Shown here: piece by piece, positions 46,401-59,664 of the stretch
Numbering within the stretch: position 1 is the stretch's first letter
Layout of the letters: each line of letters begins with the position of its first letter
Translations under genes and position numbers: made by a program
NCBI GenBank assembly: GCA_010015805.1
Contig: ML978135.1
Location: 1-64,000, forward strand
Direction of reading: 5' to 3'
Origin: Rhizodiscina lignyota
Taxonomy: Eukaryota
Length of the DNA stretch: 64,000 nt
Notes under the pieces: generated by a model
Seen by the model: the letters and a program-made list of their open reading frames with translations, nothing else
Database searches by the model: none
What the model was told of the DNA's origin: nothing

Positions 46401-46895
46401 AATTTCCAAGCTCAAGCGCGCACAAGACTGTCTCCCTCTCGCGCGCCCCATACATCTTGCGTACAGCCACATTCCCCCGTGCTCAAATTTCCCTACTCTG
46501 CCTCGTGGAGCCCAGACAGCTTATTTCAAGTTGTTTTGGCCCCCTCGGCCTCTCGAAACCGCTGCAAGATACTCAGCCAGCAGTCGCTGCCGTACCCCGA
46601 AGCTGAATTGCTTTCTATTCTAGACCTATTTCTTCGCGGCCTATAAGCTAGCCCACTGCACTTGCCACAGGGCCGGAATGGTCGGACAGGAAGGTTGTGG
46701 CTTACGATAATCCTTCGAGCACTCTCTCCGAATATAACGCAAAGAGCTCTTTTCAAAATGCATATATCTGCCGCGTCCACGCCATGGCGTTTCGGCTATT
46801 GCCAAGTGCTAGAACAGCAAGAAATCTATCTTCCTGACACAATCGATCCCGCGCTTCTGTCGCCTCCAATTAAGCGCCGGAGACTAGAAAGAGAG

Positions 46896-47374
46896 ATGTC
46901 GCAGGAGCAGTCGGGTGCGAGCTCGTCGGCCGCCACGGAGGCGGAGACGACTCCCGATGTTGAGACGACTGAAGATTGGTCGACCATCACCGACCCTGCA
47001 GAGCGGCGTCGAGTACAGAACCGCCTCGCGCAAAGAAAGTTTCGTAAGTCAATGGCATACCGTTTCAATGAAGCTCTGCAGCTAACAGTCGGCCAGGGCA
47101 GAAGAACAAAGAACAAAAGGAAGAACGGGAGCGCGACTTGCAGAACCAAGAACGCGCCGCATCATCGTACTCCACACCAGAACCATCAGAGATCGATGCT
47201 GGCACAGAGCTGTCTGGACTGCCCTGGGGAGGCCCATCATTGCAGCATGTCATCTCCGCCGGCAAGGAGAGGGAGCGCGCCTCGACATCACAAGCCGGGT
47301 CAAGCTCAATGCACATAGGCAGTCCAGCATCTCAAGCATCGCAACCCTCACAAGGTGGAACCAGCTCGCGGTAA
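46896..47374 (+). CDS. Small bZIP transcription factor; intron 47044-47096; start and 3' end uncertain
   Basis: EDWSTITDPAERRRVQNRLAQRKF|RQKNKEQKEERER basic region, then SGLPWGGPSLQHV. Confidence 0.82.
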
Positions 47375-49228
47375 GGCCTGTGGGGTATGAGGGTTCACCA
47401 TTACTACCGAACATGCACACTCATTGACATTTCACAACAGAGTTGGCTTGCAGTTGTCTTCTCGGTTCGCACGTGGGGGAAACTATCCTGCATGGCGTTA
47501 TTCGGCATGGCGTTACTTTCCATACCATCGTCCTCCAGTCCCAAGGTTTCCTGCAGCTTCTTCTCCGCCTTCTCGTCGTTCGTCTCACCCTTCTTATCCT
47601 TCTTCACGGTCTCAATCATCATGACACATGGATACCCTTCGGGCAATTGAACGTCCGTTCTTACGGCCTCCGCTCCACTATCGGCGTTATGGCATGGCGT
47701 GGTGTGACGCCACGGGTACAGCATTAAAAGGGGGAAATCAGGCAGCATAGGAAAAGGAAGCTCAGAGCAAGAGCTTTGCATATCAGCCAGGAGTTTGGCG
47801 CTCAGTCACAAGAGCCGCGTTTCGTCTCGTTTGTTTTGCTTTTTGTCGCTAGCTACGTCTTTCGCTACTGCGCCGCGCATATTCTTACTGCTTCTTGCAT
47901 GTCTTTTGCGTTCGGCGCGCTGGCTCTTCAATCAATCACATGATATTGGACAGATGCATACGCACACGACGGACGGTAGCAGTCTGCCGTTGAGCGTTTC
48001 AATGGGTGCGGCGTCAACGCCGTCGATTCTCTTGATTTGGAATTTCCAGACGGCGTGCGGGAGCAGTGGGGCATCTGGCGTCTCCAGACCACAGTCTAAC
48101 GGGCCGCAATTTCACAAGCTTAACCGTCGTCGCATCCGTGCACTCGTGCTCCATGGCGGAATTGGGAAATACCATGCGCTGCACACCTGCTCCTTTCCGC
48201 TTGCCAATATGAATCCATTCGCGTCGTAGCCCAATCGACGCGTCCGTCAATGGCTATGCTGCCACGTTTCGCAATTTGTTCAAAAATAGAAATATTCGCG
48301 ATGCCTTCGGTGGCTTGGAGTGCACACAAGGTGATATTCAGACTGCGGCCCCTGCAGATCAGGAAGCTTTGCCGTAGAGAGCCGGCTTAAGCTCAGCCTG
48401 TGCCCGAGTCATGTCACCCTCGTCGATCGCTCTTGCCTGACCCGGACCCGATCGAAGAGTCGGACCCGGCTTGCACCGTTTTGATCTCTCGCGCGTTCCG
48501 CGTCTGCATTTAACGCACTCGGTCCCAAACTTTGAACACTCCACTGCTCCTGTGTCGTTCACACCGGTGGGTTGCGATTTCCTCGGGGCTCTCGAGCCTT
48601 CGCGGAGTCTTTCAGTCGAAGAGGAGCGCAAGGCTTCCGAGCTCGAGAGGCCTGCTGTGCCGTGAGCTGATCGCGTCTCGTCCTCTTCCACGTAACCAGA
48701 TGCGACCTTTGAGGTCAAATTCTCGAAGAATGAAGGTCTAAGTAGAGCGTTTGCCTATCGTCACCGTACTTTTTGCGGCGTCTAGCTTCTGCAGCTACGC
48801 CGCGCACCCGCATGGAAATCCTCTCACGTTCCTTCCAGTTCCATACTGACTCCTCCACGTCTCTGGAAAAGAGGCCTTCCGGGGCATGCGGCACCGTCAA
48901 ATCCATGCGATGGTGTGGAAAAAAGGCCAATCACTTCTCATCACGGCTTCAGCAGCACGTCGAATTCGTGGTATGACCGTGGTGGCTGTCCGCCGGCCCT
49001 GCATGGCTCATGGCAAGTAAAAAGTCTGCTTGCTGTAGTTAAGCGCCGACGATTGCCTCCAGCGCAACCTCACCCATCATCCCACCGCACACCGCGCAAC
49101 AGCCGAAGTTCGCGGCGAAGTTCGCAAGGCGTAGACGGCCCCATAAGTATATTCATGATTTGCCTTGGATATGAGGCTTCTTTATATTTACTTGCTTTCT
49201 CTTGGGTGTGGTGAGCGTGAGTTTCTCC

Positions 49229-50462
49229 ATGGTTTCGCCAACGAAAGGGATTGAAGACCTCACATTGGAGGAGGAAATGTCTCGCCGTTCCAGAAGGGTA
49301 GCAAGAGGGGGGCAGCCTCCTCCGGATACTGGCGAGTCGTCTTCGTCAGCAGCGGCTGCTTCCTCAGCCAGTATCCTCGCGAGCTCTGGCATTCAGTATA
49401 CAGTTGCAGACACGACCGGCAGGACCAGACAAAGAGCTGAAAGCGGCTTCCAGAATGTGGCAGTTCAGCTGAATCACTGTGCTCCAGTGAGCGAAGCCGG
49501 AGAGACTTATTATGCTTTTGAGTTCACAGATCAGTTCACAATCCGCTTCGGCGGTGCTGGAAGCTCATATGCCACTCCAAGCTGCACTTGCGGTGCAAAC
49601 GAAGGCGGCGTTGCTTGTAAGGTAAGGCAAACTAATATCACTAGCCTCAATGCTCTGCATGCTAACATGGGCATAGCATCTGTTTTGGTTCATTGATCAG
49701 CTTCAACAGGCCCGTCAGCGCCGCGCTGGAATTGTACCAGTGTCAGAGGACGCCTCCACCGTTGGGGACTCTGCGTCCTACGACCTTGTGCATCAACTTG
49801 GCCTTTTGAGTGTGGCGGACCGTCTCCCACATAGCGAGCAGTACCAGGCCACAGCAGCTGCGGACCTGAACACCGTAGTAGAGCTACGCAAACAAGTGCC
49901 CATTGTCTTTCGAGCATTTGATGTCTGGGTCCTCTATGACAGCCAGACCTCGGAATACGCCCTTGACGTAGACGAGTGTGCTGAGAGGCTGGAAGAGCTG
50001 ATTATGGAAATCAGAGAAGCCTGCAGTGACCAGGAGCGACTCCAGTGGGACGTTACCACCCAAGCTGTCGCCGCCCTCATGGAGATACTCACTGGGCTCC
50101 TTCGACGCAACAATGACCAGCACTCGATCGCACACACGGCATGGGGCATGGTCCCCTCACCGTCCAGCGGTAGGGAAGGGAACCTCTACACACATATTAT
50201 GTGGCACGACCCACAAGCTGAGAGCGCAAGCGTCTTTGCGGTGCTCAATGAGATTGGCCACGACGTGCTATTCGAGTATTCTGACCAATTGAAGGAACTA
50301 ATTCAACGGGCGGAGGCGGCGAGGGTGTCCGAGGGTCATCGTGCGGAGATGGTGAGGCTGAGAGAGAGGCTAGAGGCCCAGGAAGCCCGAGCCACAAGGA
50401 AGAGAAGGGGCGCGGAGAGGGAGGAAAGAGGAGGTTCGTCGAGGGGGAGGGCGAGACGTTAA
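49229..50462 (+). CDS. SWIM-type zinc finger protein; intron 49622-49677
   Basis: Splicing gives PSCTCGANEGGVACK|HLFWF (CxC..CxH) and continues in frame into the 240-aa downstream ORF. Confidence 0.78.
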
Positions 50463-52365
50463 GAGAATGACAAGGTGCAGCTGCTATTGGTGATATCAGA
50501 GTGGCTGAAGAGGTGTCATTCAGAACGGATCCTTCTTGGGTGGCAATTTGTGTCATTTGCAGCGTCGGACTCGGAAGCATGTCGTCCCTCAACCGTCGAT
50601 TATTGCCTTTCCACTCCCTGTTTTCATATCTCGGAATTCCCTTCGACACACTCCTTCATCTTACTTAATGGTATCGGTTTTGGCGGGGTTCCCTCGATAT
50701 TGTTCTGCACCCGAAGACAGGTTTCCTTTATCGTCACACATCATTCCTTCACAACCTGCTTTACTTCTCTCAAGAGATATATTCTACTACACTCCTTGTA
50801 ATTTTTGATTGGTTGTTGAGTTGGGCTGACTATTTAATTCCTACCGATGTCTTCGCTCTCTGCGTTTCGTCTTCAAGACACATCGTGGCACACTCCTTCC
50901 CTGGTCTTGACATTTAGGTTATCTAATCAAAGTACCTACTCGTATCACTTCACATCTAGCTATCCCCGAGCTCCACCCCCACTTGCATATTCGTCTAGGC
51001 TGTGTCACCCATTGGAACGGCACGTGTCGTCTGCCCACACTTGGACCCTTGTGGGCCGTGGCTTACGCTACGTCAACTTTAATCTGATGGCCCGTTGATC
51101 TTCTTCTGGCGGGGCAGCATGAGCAACAATGCCTCTCCCGAAACATGAGGACGAGTATGAAAACGGAGTATGGTCTCGTGTGCGTCTCACTCAGATATCT
51201 GCTTCACGATACTGTTTCATCTCTTCCAACCGCCCCAGCATTTCTCGGCCCCATCAAAGTCAATTGAGCTCCGTGGAGTTGGACAGTGGTTGCTAATAAA
51301 AACCACCGTGAAGGGCGATTGCTATTGGCGAGCCAAGCTTACCTTGCATTCGAGCAGAACTGCAAGGGTTTACATGGCAGGGCTTCAGATCATTCCGTGT
51401 CAAGTTACGAGCTTAGAGCGTGCCGTTCTGACCTGCCTGGGCATGGAGAAGGCTGACGCAGCGCCTCGCTCTCGCAATTACATACACGTCAGTCTTGTAT
51501 CGTGCTCCGCGCCGAGATTGTGACTGTTCGCGAGGCATCCGCCTGCTGCCGGACGGCTTCCAACTGCGCGGTTTACCAGCTTTCAAATTCCCGCGTGCCT
51601 GGGACAAAGCAAAAGAAAAGAAAGGCGGCACGTGAGGTTGGCGCTGCTGTCAGACGTCTATTCGGTGCGCACCGCAGCCGTTTCGCACGGGAGACTGCAA
51701 GATAAAGCGAATCGACGGCGTGGATGATGTCGTGGAGCTCCTGATAGGGCGATTGTCGAGTTCTAGACGCATGCTTGTCCGCTAAGGAATCTAAGCAAGA
51801 AACTCAGCACGCACCAGCACCTTCCTTAGCTCTTTGTTCAATGCGGGGAAGCAACGACTAACGAGGGCGCGCCGCCAATTAGAGCGCGCCATCTACACCC
51901 CCCCGGTCGTGTGGCAGATGCGCGTGTATAGACTTACTTGTAGAGGCCAGCGCCCCTCGCTCTCCACTGCTGCTCCCAAACACTCCCACGCCTCGCCATA
52001 CCACGCAGCATTCTTCGCCGCTCCCCTTGTTGACCGATAGCACTGGACCTGCAGTGGTCACGAGCACGCGTGTCACCAAGTGAAACGATCGACGCTTCCC
52101 GACGACGCAGGTCGGCTGAGCTCTGACGTAAAATCGACCCCCTCAACCAACGATCCACCATCCACACCACGCTCACTCCACTCCTGTCTCCTATATCTCG
52201 CTGAAAGCACCTCGATCCTCTCAATAACTCCTTCACACGCATTCAATCGGCGAGAATAGCATTGAGCACGCCCGGTTGAATTGAGAAGGAGCACCGACTC
52301 CGCCAACGTCCTGAATCCTTCACCGCCTACGCCGCTCAACAACTCAGCCCCCCGAAATCCTCACC

Positions 52366-53186
52366 ATGTCCGACCGAAATACCACTGACCCTTCCACCGA
52401 ACCTTCCCCTGCCGCCGCCGGCCGCCGTCGTTCCTCCTTCGCAGGAATGATGGATCTCTTCGGCTCGCGCACCAACGGCTCAAACTCCCCTCCCGTCCCA
52501 GGCTCCTCCATGTCGCACGCTGCAGCTCAGGCACAGCAGCGACGCCTCTCAATCACCACCGTCGGCCTCGGCTCCTCAACCACCGCACCCTCTGCCTCTC
52601 CCTTCGGTACCATGCGCTCTCGCGGCCAGAGCATCTCGAGCTCTGGCAGCGGATCCGTCGACGAGTCGCCCTTCGAAGAGGCTGACGGCCCGCCCCTCTC
52701 AAGCAACCCCACAAGCCCTTTCGCACGACGCCTCAGTTTTGGAGCGAGGGCCTTGCGCGATGTCAGAACTGGCTCGGGCAGTGGAGGTGGAGGTGGCAAC
52801 AATGCCAATGGTAGACCTTCCGTCATCCATACTACTGCTAGTGATCGCAAGCCCACTGTTTCTCCCCCGACTGCCAAAGGTCGAGGTTTGTTCTTCTGTT
52901 CTGTTCGATGCTCGCTCAGCAGTAGCGTTTTCCAGCGTTCTTCTTTTGATCCCGGGCTGACGGTTTGACCTCTCTCATAGAAGGCTTCAATTTCGCCGAA
53001 AACATGCGTGCCCGCGCTGAGCGCGGCTCCGTCTCTAACGGCGTGGGTGTCCCGAGCCCTCCAATGCACGGCCGCGCGAAGAGCGTTGCCGTCATGGAAC
53101 CACCTGTCAGGGAGATGCCGGTGAATACACGGAAGCCGGATCAGTTCCAGGAGCGCATCCTCAAGGGAGACTTCTACATGGATTGA
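52366..53186 (+). CDS. Conserved fungal Ser-rich protein of unknown function; intron 52886-52980
   Basis: RRLSITT.GL, PTSPFARRLSFGA.ALRDV, spliced GR|EGFNFAENMRARAER, terminal KPDQFQERILKGDFYMD*. Confidence 0.8.
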
Positions 53187-54115
53187 CCGATGGGGCCTCC
53201 TATGGGGCCTCCCATCACGCTGGACTTGTACGATACGTGACCGGGCTTAACGATTTTGCCTCCTGTATTGCCGCATCTGCGGCATCGTTTACCAATGGAT
53301 CTACCGATTTTGCCCACGTGGGCATGGAGCATCTGGCGGGCACAAAAGTGTCAAAAGCACTATGCAAACTATGGAAAAGCCGGACGATCGGAATTGACGT
53401 CTTGTCGATTGAAAGCTCTTCCAGAGCATCACTTATTGGATTTTGCCGCACTGCTTCAATTGCTACTTGGCTGCAGTTTTCTGCAACTTTGGACAACATT
53501 GATTTAAGCACGGAGTCGGGCTAGCCTTCTGCGACCGCTCTCAGTTCCTACACCTCGTTCCGAACCTTCTGTACGAATACACGAACGACACCTGCGAACT
53601 ATTTACGGCCGTTCTACAATTCAATGGTTTATGCCGCTTTGTTTCTCCTCATTCGCTTACGATTGTCCTGGATTCGATTCAGTGAGTGGAGAAGTGTCAC
53701 CAAGTTGACATATCAAGGCGTTTCAGTTCTTGTATATCTTGACCGCGCGGTAGCGGATTGCTTTAGAAGAGGCGTGGGACCAGCCTTGGACGTTCTGTTG
53801 ATGGGCAGTATTGCCCACTGGATGGCTTGGTGGACGGTTTTTCAATTTACGATGCGTTGAATATGTATCTTTAGGAATTGCCCACACGACCAATACATTT
53901 CAAGCCGATCTTCTTAGCCGTGATCTCATGGTCTTGTGTGCCACAATTTGATATGCATCACCGGTAGAGAATATGTGGCTTTCGACCAACGCCCATGGCT
54001 CTCCATAATCTATGTGTCTACAACTCTCAGCAAAGTTCTATTCATATAGTTCGAACAAATTCAGATTCTGGATCAAAGTCGAAGTGGCAAGTTCTTGTCA
54101 TTCAGATTAAGTTTG

Positions 54116-54180
54116 ACCCTAACCCTAACTGGAGATAGCATTAATCTCACGTGACCGCGTATATTAGTTTCGCGTCGCGA
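54116..54180. promoter_or_regulatory. POL31 upstream elements: telomere-like ACCCTAACCCTAAC, E-box TCACGTGAC, MCB-like CGCG boxes
   Basis: ACCCTAACCCTAAC 54116-54129; TCACGTGAC 54147-54155; CGCGT 54156-54160 and 54171-54175; CGCGA 54176-54180; 70-135 nt upstream of a DNA replication gene. Confidence 0.5.
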
Positions 54181-54248
54181 CACGTCCAACTTTGATCCAA
54201 AGCCCGTCAACCCATTCGCCATACATTGTATGCCCGTAAGCTCTCAAA

Positions 54249-56010
54249 ATGGTGACATTCACAGAAGGCGCGAAGGCACTCTTATCGGCGCCCAAGTAAG
54301 CCTTACTTTCCGCGATGCATCTGCTCAGGAAGCTGGCTGCTAATTAATGGTTAGAAATGACGAGTTCGATACATCTGAACGCGTCGCATCGTCCTACAAC
54401 CCTCTTCACACATTTCGACTGCCGAAAGGTGAAGACAGAAGATACCAGCATCAGTTTGCGGATATGTATTTTCTGCGATTGGCGCAGGTTAAGCCCATGG
54501 TCGAGGAGATTGCACAAGAGGCTTGGGCTGATTTCAAGGTGTGAGGCCCTAGTTCTGCTCAAGCAATGGTGGTCATCAGGGGCTGAACATGTGGCACAGA
54601 TAGCAGGAGAGAGCCCAAGACGCGTTGACAGGGTGCTTGATGTGAGGCAAGGCGAGCTTTGCTGGATGGCCGGGACGGTTTACATGGAGATGCCGCTGAA
54701 GCCAAATGTGCTCGACGACATCTCAAAAGAGGTAGAGGGCGGGAAAAAGACTCTTTTATCTCTCCCCAAGCTAATGCAGCACTAGCACTGGATTGCAGCT
54801 CCTCCAGTAAGAGAAAAGTTTCTCTCCGACGACGCCCTCGACCAGGTCATGCTCGAAGATGAATCCGGCCGGCTACGACTCACAGGCGCGTACTTGAAGA
54901 CACAGATACTGGTCACGGGCTGCATTATAGCGGCACTGGGTACTGAGAACGCGAACGGCGAATTCGAAGTCATCGACACCAAAGTTGCAGACCTTCCACG
55001 CCAGCCGGAGCGCTGGGAGCGCGACGAGGCCTCCGCTGCTCTGTCAGGAAAGAAGGTCAAGCAAGAACGGCCGAAGGCGGGCAAAGTTGCGTTCGTCAGC
55101 GGGTTGGACATCAGCGGCGCGGACGATGAGACAATTGGGCTGGACCTTCTTAAATCATACCTGCTTGGGGAAGTGGGAAGCGTCAATGTCGCCACGGACA
55201 TAGATAGAGCGCGTGTCTCGCGTCTCATCATCGCGGGAAACTCGTTTGCGGACTCAAGTCCTATTCCTTCAAGAGACGAGGTGATTGTCAGGAAGCAAAG
55301 CAAGAAATACGGTTACGATTCAACAACATTCAACCCGGCACCATCTGCCGCACTCGACTCCTTCCTCGCCGACCTCCTACCCTCCCTTCCAATTACACTA
55401 CTCCCTGGCGTGAACGATCCGGCGAATGTAGCGCTGCCCCAGCAACCGTTGCACCCAGCGCTATTTATGCGAAGTCGAAACTACGCGAATCCACCGGGCG
55501 TGAATGGAAATGCGAAGGGAGAAGAAGAGCCGAGTTGGTTCGATAGTGTTACCAATCCGTGGGATGGAGACGTGGATGGCTGGCGCATGTTGGGGAACGG
55601 GGGACAGCCAATAGACGATTTGTATCGGTATGTTGAGGGGGATGAGAGGCTCGACATGATGGAATCTGTGTTGAGGTGGAGAATTGGCGCTCCAACGGCT
55701 CCGGACACGTTGTGTAAGTTGTCTTCCAGTTTCACGAGGCCTTCGTGGCGAAGAGATGAAACGGGATGGCGAGGTGTGCTAATATATCCTGCTAGGGTCG
55801 TACCCATTTCAAGACGACGACCCGCTCCTCATAAAAGAATGCCCGCATGTCTTCTTCGTGGGGAATCAACCTCGCTTCGAATCGAGGGTCATCGAAGGCC
55901 CGCTGGGACAACAAGTGCGGCTGATTGCGATCCCAAGGTTCAGGGAGAGCAAGACCATTGTCTTGCTCGACGCCGAAACCCTTGCTGTGGAGACGATGGC
56001 ATTCGACTAG
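54249..56010 (+). CDS. POL31: DNA polymerase delta subunit 2 (Pol31/Cdc1), about 4 introns
   Basis: YQHQFADMYFLRL, GTVYMEMPLKPNVLDD, MLEDESGRLRL, RLIIAGNS, LPG..DP....LPQQPLH, APTAPDTL|W.YPF, CPHVFFVGNQ. Confidence 0.95.
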
Positions 56011-56626
56011 CATTCATCCTCGGAGGCAGTTGCAGCATTTCGTGGCGTTGGATGGTGGCTTGCTGGATCATGGATACGAAGACTTATGAGCTTTATAATG
56101 TGCGCCTCTTGCATAAACACTCGGGCTTTACGACGATATATGGGATTATCAGTAAAGCGTACTGGTTTTTCAATAGCATTTGTCGCGACGCTGGTGACAT
56201 AGTAACGCAGCATAGTCGGTCAGTCTGAAACACTCATGTATAGTGTGTTCCGACAGTGTTGTAATGCCTATGACATAACCGGTCGCCTTGTGCCAGGACA
56301 ACTTCTGCTTGCCGCGCACTTGCGCAAATAGTGTGGCTTGAGATGTTCATGTCTTGCAGGTCCTTGAAGCCACAGAAAGGACTAAGTCCGAGAACATAAA
56401 CCGTCTGTAAGTTGCCGGTCGCAATGCGTTCGGATGAGGATTGGATGTGCTATACAAGGTATTTGTGTATTATTGGACAATGGCTCGCGCGATAGTCGCT
56501 CGAGACCTCACGATATTCCGCCAGCGCGTCGTTAATTCTGCATCTTTTGAAAGTTTCGAGGGTGACAACATAGTCGATGGACAGCAAACACGAGTTTTCA
56601 TCTCCCAAGAGCACGATTGAGCCAGT

Positions 56627-56648
56627 GTTTATAGTTTATAGTTTATAG
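56627..56648. repeat. (GTTTATA)3 short tandem repeat in a convergent intergenic region
   Basis: gtttatagtttatagtttatag read directly. Confidence 0.8.
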
Positions 56649-57115
56649 CACTGTGTGTACAGAGCAGTGTTTACGGAGTAGCGTTTACAAAGTATACAGT
56701 TTTAACAAACACGATCTATAGTTATTGTGCAGCTCTGTGTCAACCTCAAGGCGAATCAAGTTACGTCTAGCCTTTCCCAGACAATATATCGGGGGATATA
56801 TACGGATTTGAGATTCCTCATTCGCTATCGCAGCTAAGAACTTAAATACAAGTCGTGAATTACCAATTTGGTACTGCAAATAAGGTTGGCAAAAAGTGTG
56901 TAACGCTCGCAAGACATCAAAGAGGCTGGAACGCCGGCTAGGAGAAGGGAGGCGCTACGATAGAGACAAATCACGAAGAGAAGCTTGAAAAGGTGGAAAG
57001 AGAATGTAAAGACCGATCAATGAGGGAGCATTTCCTTCATAGCACTCATATCGTTACCAAAAACACCTCCAGAACTGAACCCGCAACCGTCCTGCACTGA
57101 ACCAGGGAGCTACGC

Positions 57116-59664
57116 CTAAGCAAACTTCTCCGCTCCCCACACCCTCCGTCCCCAAAGGTCGACCTTGACCTCCATTATGCCCTTCTCGCTCGCACACCAT
57201 AACGTTCCTCCATCTGCACTCATCGCCAAACCGGCGCTCTTGTCCCCGCACTCAGGACTCTCGTAGAGCGCTGCTCTGCGCTGCAGGAACCCGATCGTCT
57301 GCGGATCGGTGTAGCGCGCCATGTACCGCACGCGGGCTTCGTAGTCCTCGAGTCGGACCTGACGATCACTGACGCGGGAGCGTGACCTACTCCGAGGGTT
57401 GGATGTACGGCGGGAGAGACCACCAGAGGAACGGAGACGTGGTGGCGAAGGTGCAGTTGTAGTGGAGGTGGAGGACGTGGGGCGAACGGCTGTTGGTGAA
57501 GAGGGAGAATGCGGGAAAGGGGCGGACGTCGAGGTTGATGCTGCAGCCGTGGCGGAGGAATGGCGGAGTTGAGAGAGCTGGTGATGCGCTTCAAGGGCTC
57601 TGAAGGCGGGTGTGCGGCGGCGGAGAGGAGAGTCGTCGGGAGATGGCGATGCGGCAGAGTCGGAGGTTGATGGGCGAGAGTCGTTGAGGAAGTGGCCATT
57701 CGAGTCGCTCGGCGGCGGAGGAGTGTGAGGTCGCGCGCCAGAGGTATAGCTTGGTGGACTACGGCTACGAGCCCACTCTGCTTCGATGGTGCGCATGGCG
57801 TCTGTTAGAGATGGGGAGTTTGAGGGGTGTACGTGAGGAGGAACAGTGGAAGGATGAGATGAAGCGGCATTTGACGTAGAGCCATTGCCGCCGCCGTCAG
57901 TAGTTAGCACGACGGAAGCTTGTCTTCGCGGCTGGTAGAGAAGGCGGTTTGGATCGGTCTCTCTCTCGCGCATGTAATCATGGATTGAGGCTAGAGATGG
58001 CAGTCTTCCTCCGCCACGTAGCGAAGGAAGCTCGTCTCCAAGGGCAGTCGATCTTCGCTCTGCGCTTTCAGTTGTTGCAGGTCCGCCTGGTCGTGGATAG
58101 GTGGTATTCCTTGGCCGATGGACGCCAAAGTCTCTTTCGTCCGTTCGTCCTTCTGTGGTCTGGAGTGCATCGAGAATCTGACGCTCTTCCGCAGTGAGAC
58201 CATTGGGATCAGCTTCTACTGCAGCTGCCAGCCTCTGCAAGCGTCTCCGTTCTGAGAGAAGCTCCAGAAATTCCGTGCTCATCGTAGCTGCTGCAAGATC
58301 GACATCTGCGTCGAGCGCTAATCGATACTGCCTCAGATTCTCCACTTGCTGCGTCAGAGCGCGTAATTGCCCTTGTATCGCTCTTTCTCGGAAGTGGCTA
58401 GAGTCGGATTGGTTATGTGAAGTAGAGAAGTCCTGAATCTCTACTCTCTCCACATGCGCTTCATTAGGATCGAGCTTGACGACTTGTCGAACTTTGAGCC
58501 CCGCACGGACATCTGCAATGACAATACGTCCGCGATCTTCCGCCCAGATCAGAAGGTCCCAAGGTTGTGGTGAGAACATCATCGAGCGTATGGCACCAGG
58601 TCCGGGCTTCTTGTCTGCACGTGTCGACTCGCAAATTTCCACGATAGCCTCTTCTCCCCAATCTGCAGTTCGGATAAGCTCCGTATCAAAGATTGTAACA
58701 TAACCGCATTCAGAGCCCACGGCACATAGACCTCCAGATGGCGACCAAGCTGTGGTGAAATATCCAAGGGTATTTGCATCTTTCGGAGAGTGTAGCTGCA
58801 CGATGTTCATAATCTCCCAGCTCGAAGCTTTCGAATACACCGGAGTTGAATCCGACTCTTTTGCTTGAGGCTCCAACCTCTCATAAAAGTATGCCTGATT
58901 ATAGTCTCCCACTGCGATGAGAAGGTCGCCGTCGGGGGAAATCGTCGCATGGTTCATAGGGAACGGTAGTTCAAGCAGCGCCACCTCTTGGTCATATGTG
59001 AGAGAGTAGATTCGAATTGTCCTGTCATTGCTCGTGACGATCGCGACGACCTCCTCGGTTGGATCGTCTTCGTCGCCATAGAGCTTGTGGATAGTGATGG
59101 AATTAATTATGTCGCCACCAATGTTCTCAACCTTGACCTTTGGCGGGGAAACGCCTGGAGTAGGCCGGCCAAGCGGTCTATCATTCAGCCCCAATGGAAG
59201 AAGCGCATCAACGTCGGCCGCCTGGTCTGATGAGCCAGCATCGAGTTGTATGATTGTGAAATTGCCTTTGTCTCCGCCGGCTACGCATATCCAGCCGTAG
59301 CCGGCAGCAGTGCACCGGCAGTCGAATGGGGCATGATAGACGTGTGTGCGTGTCTTGGTTTCGGTATTAAGGCAGTATATGTCGTGGCCGCTCGCATAGT
59401 AGATGAGGTCGGGGTCTTGCGCATTGATGAAGTGGCGGAGTTGAGGGTGCCTGAAGAACAGCGCGTCAGTCGGATTAAGCTCCGGGTGCAGCTCTCGCCA
59501 TGGTCGAACTCACGCGATGGGGATCTTGAGCGGATAGAACTTCTTGTCGGGCAAGACGAGCGAGTCCGTGTCGCGGATCCTAATGCGGCGCGTCAGTGAG
59601 ATGCAGGCAAGCGTGCAGCAGATCCGCGCGAGGCTTGCACCTACAGAAACTCGTCGATGGTCAT
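57116..59664 (-). CDS. WD40-like DUF2415-type protein with low-complexity C-terminal half; two short 5' introns
   Basis: Spliced N-terminus MTIDEFL|IRDTDSL..FYPLKIPIA|HPQLRHFI, CTAAGYGWICVAG, IGGDIINSI, MNHATISPDG, GAIRSMMFSPQPWDLLIWAED. Confidence 0.85.
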
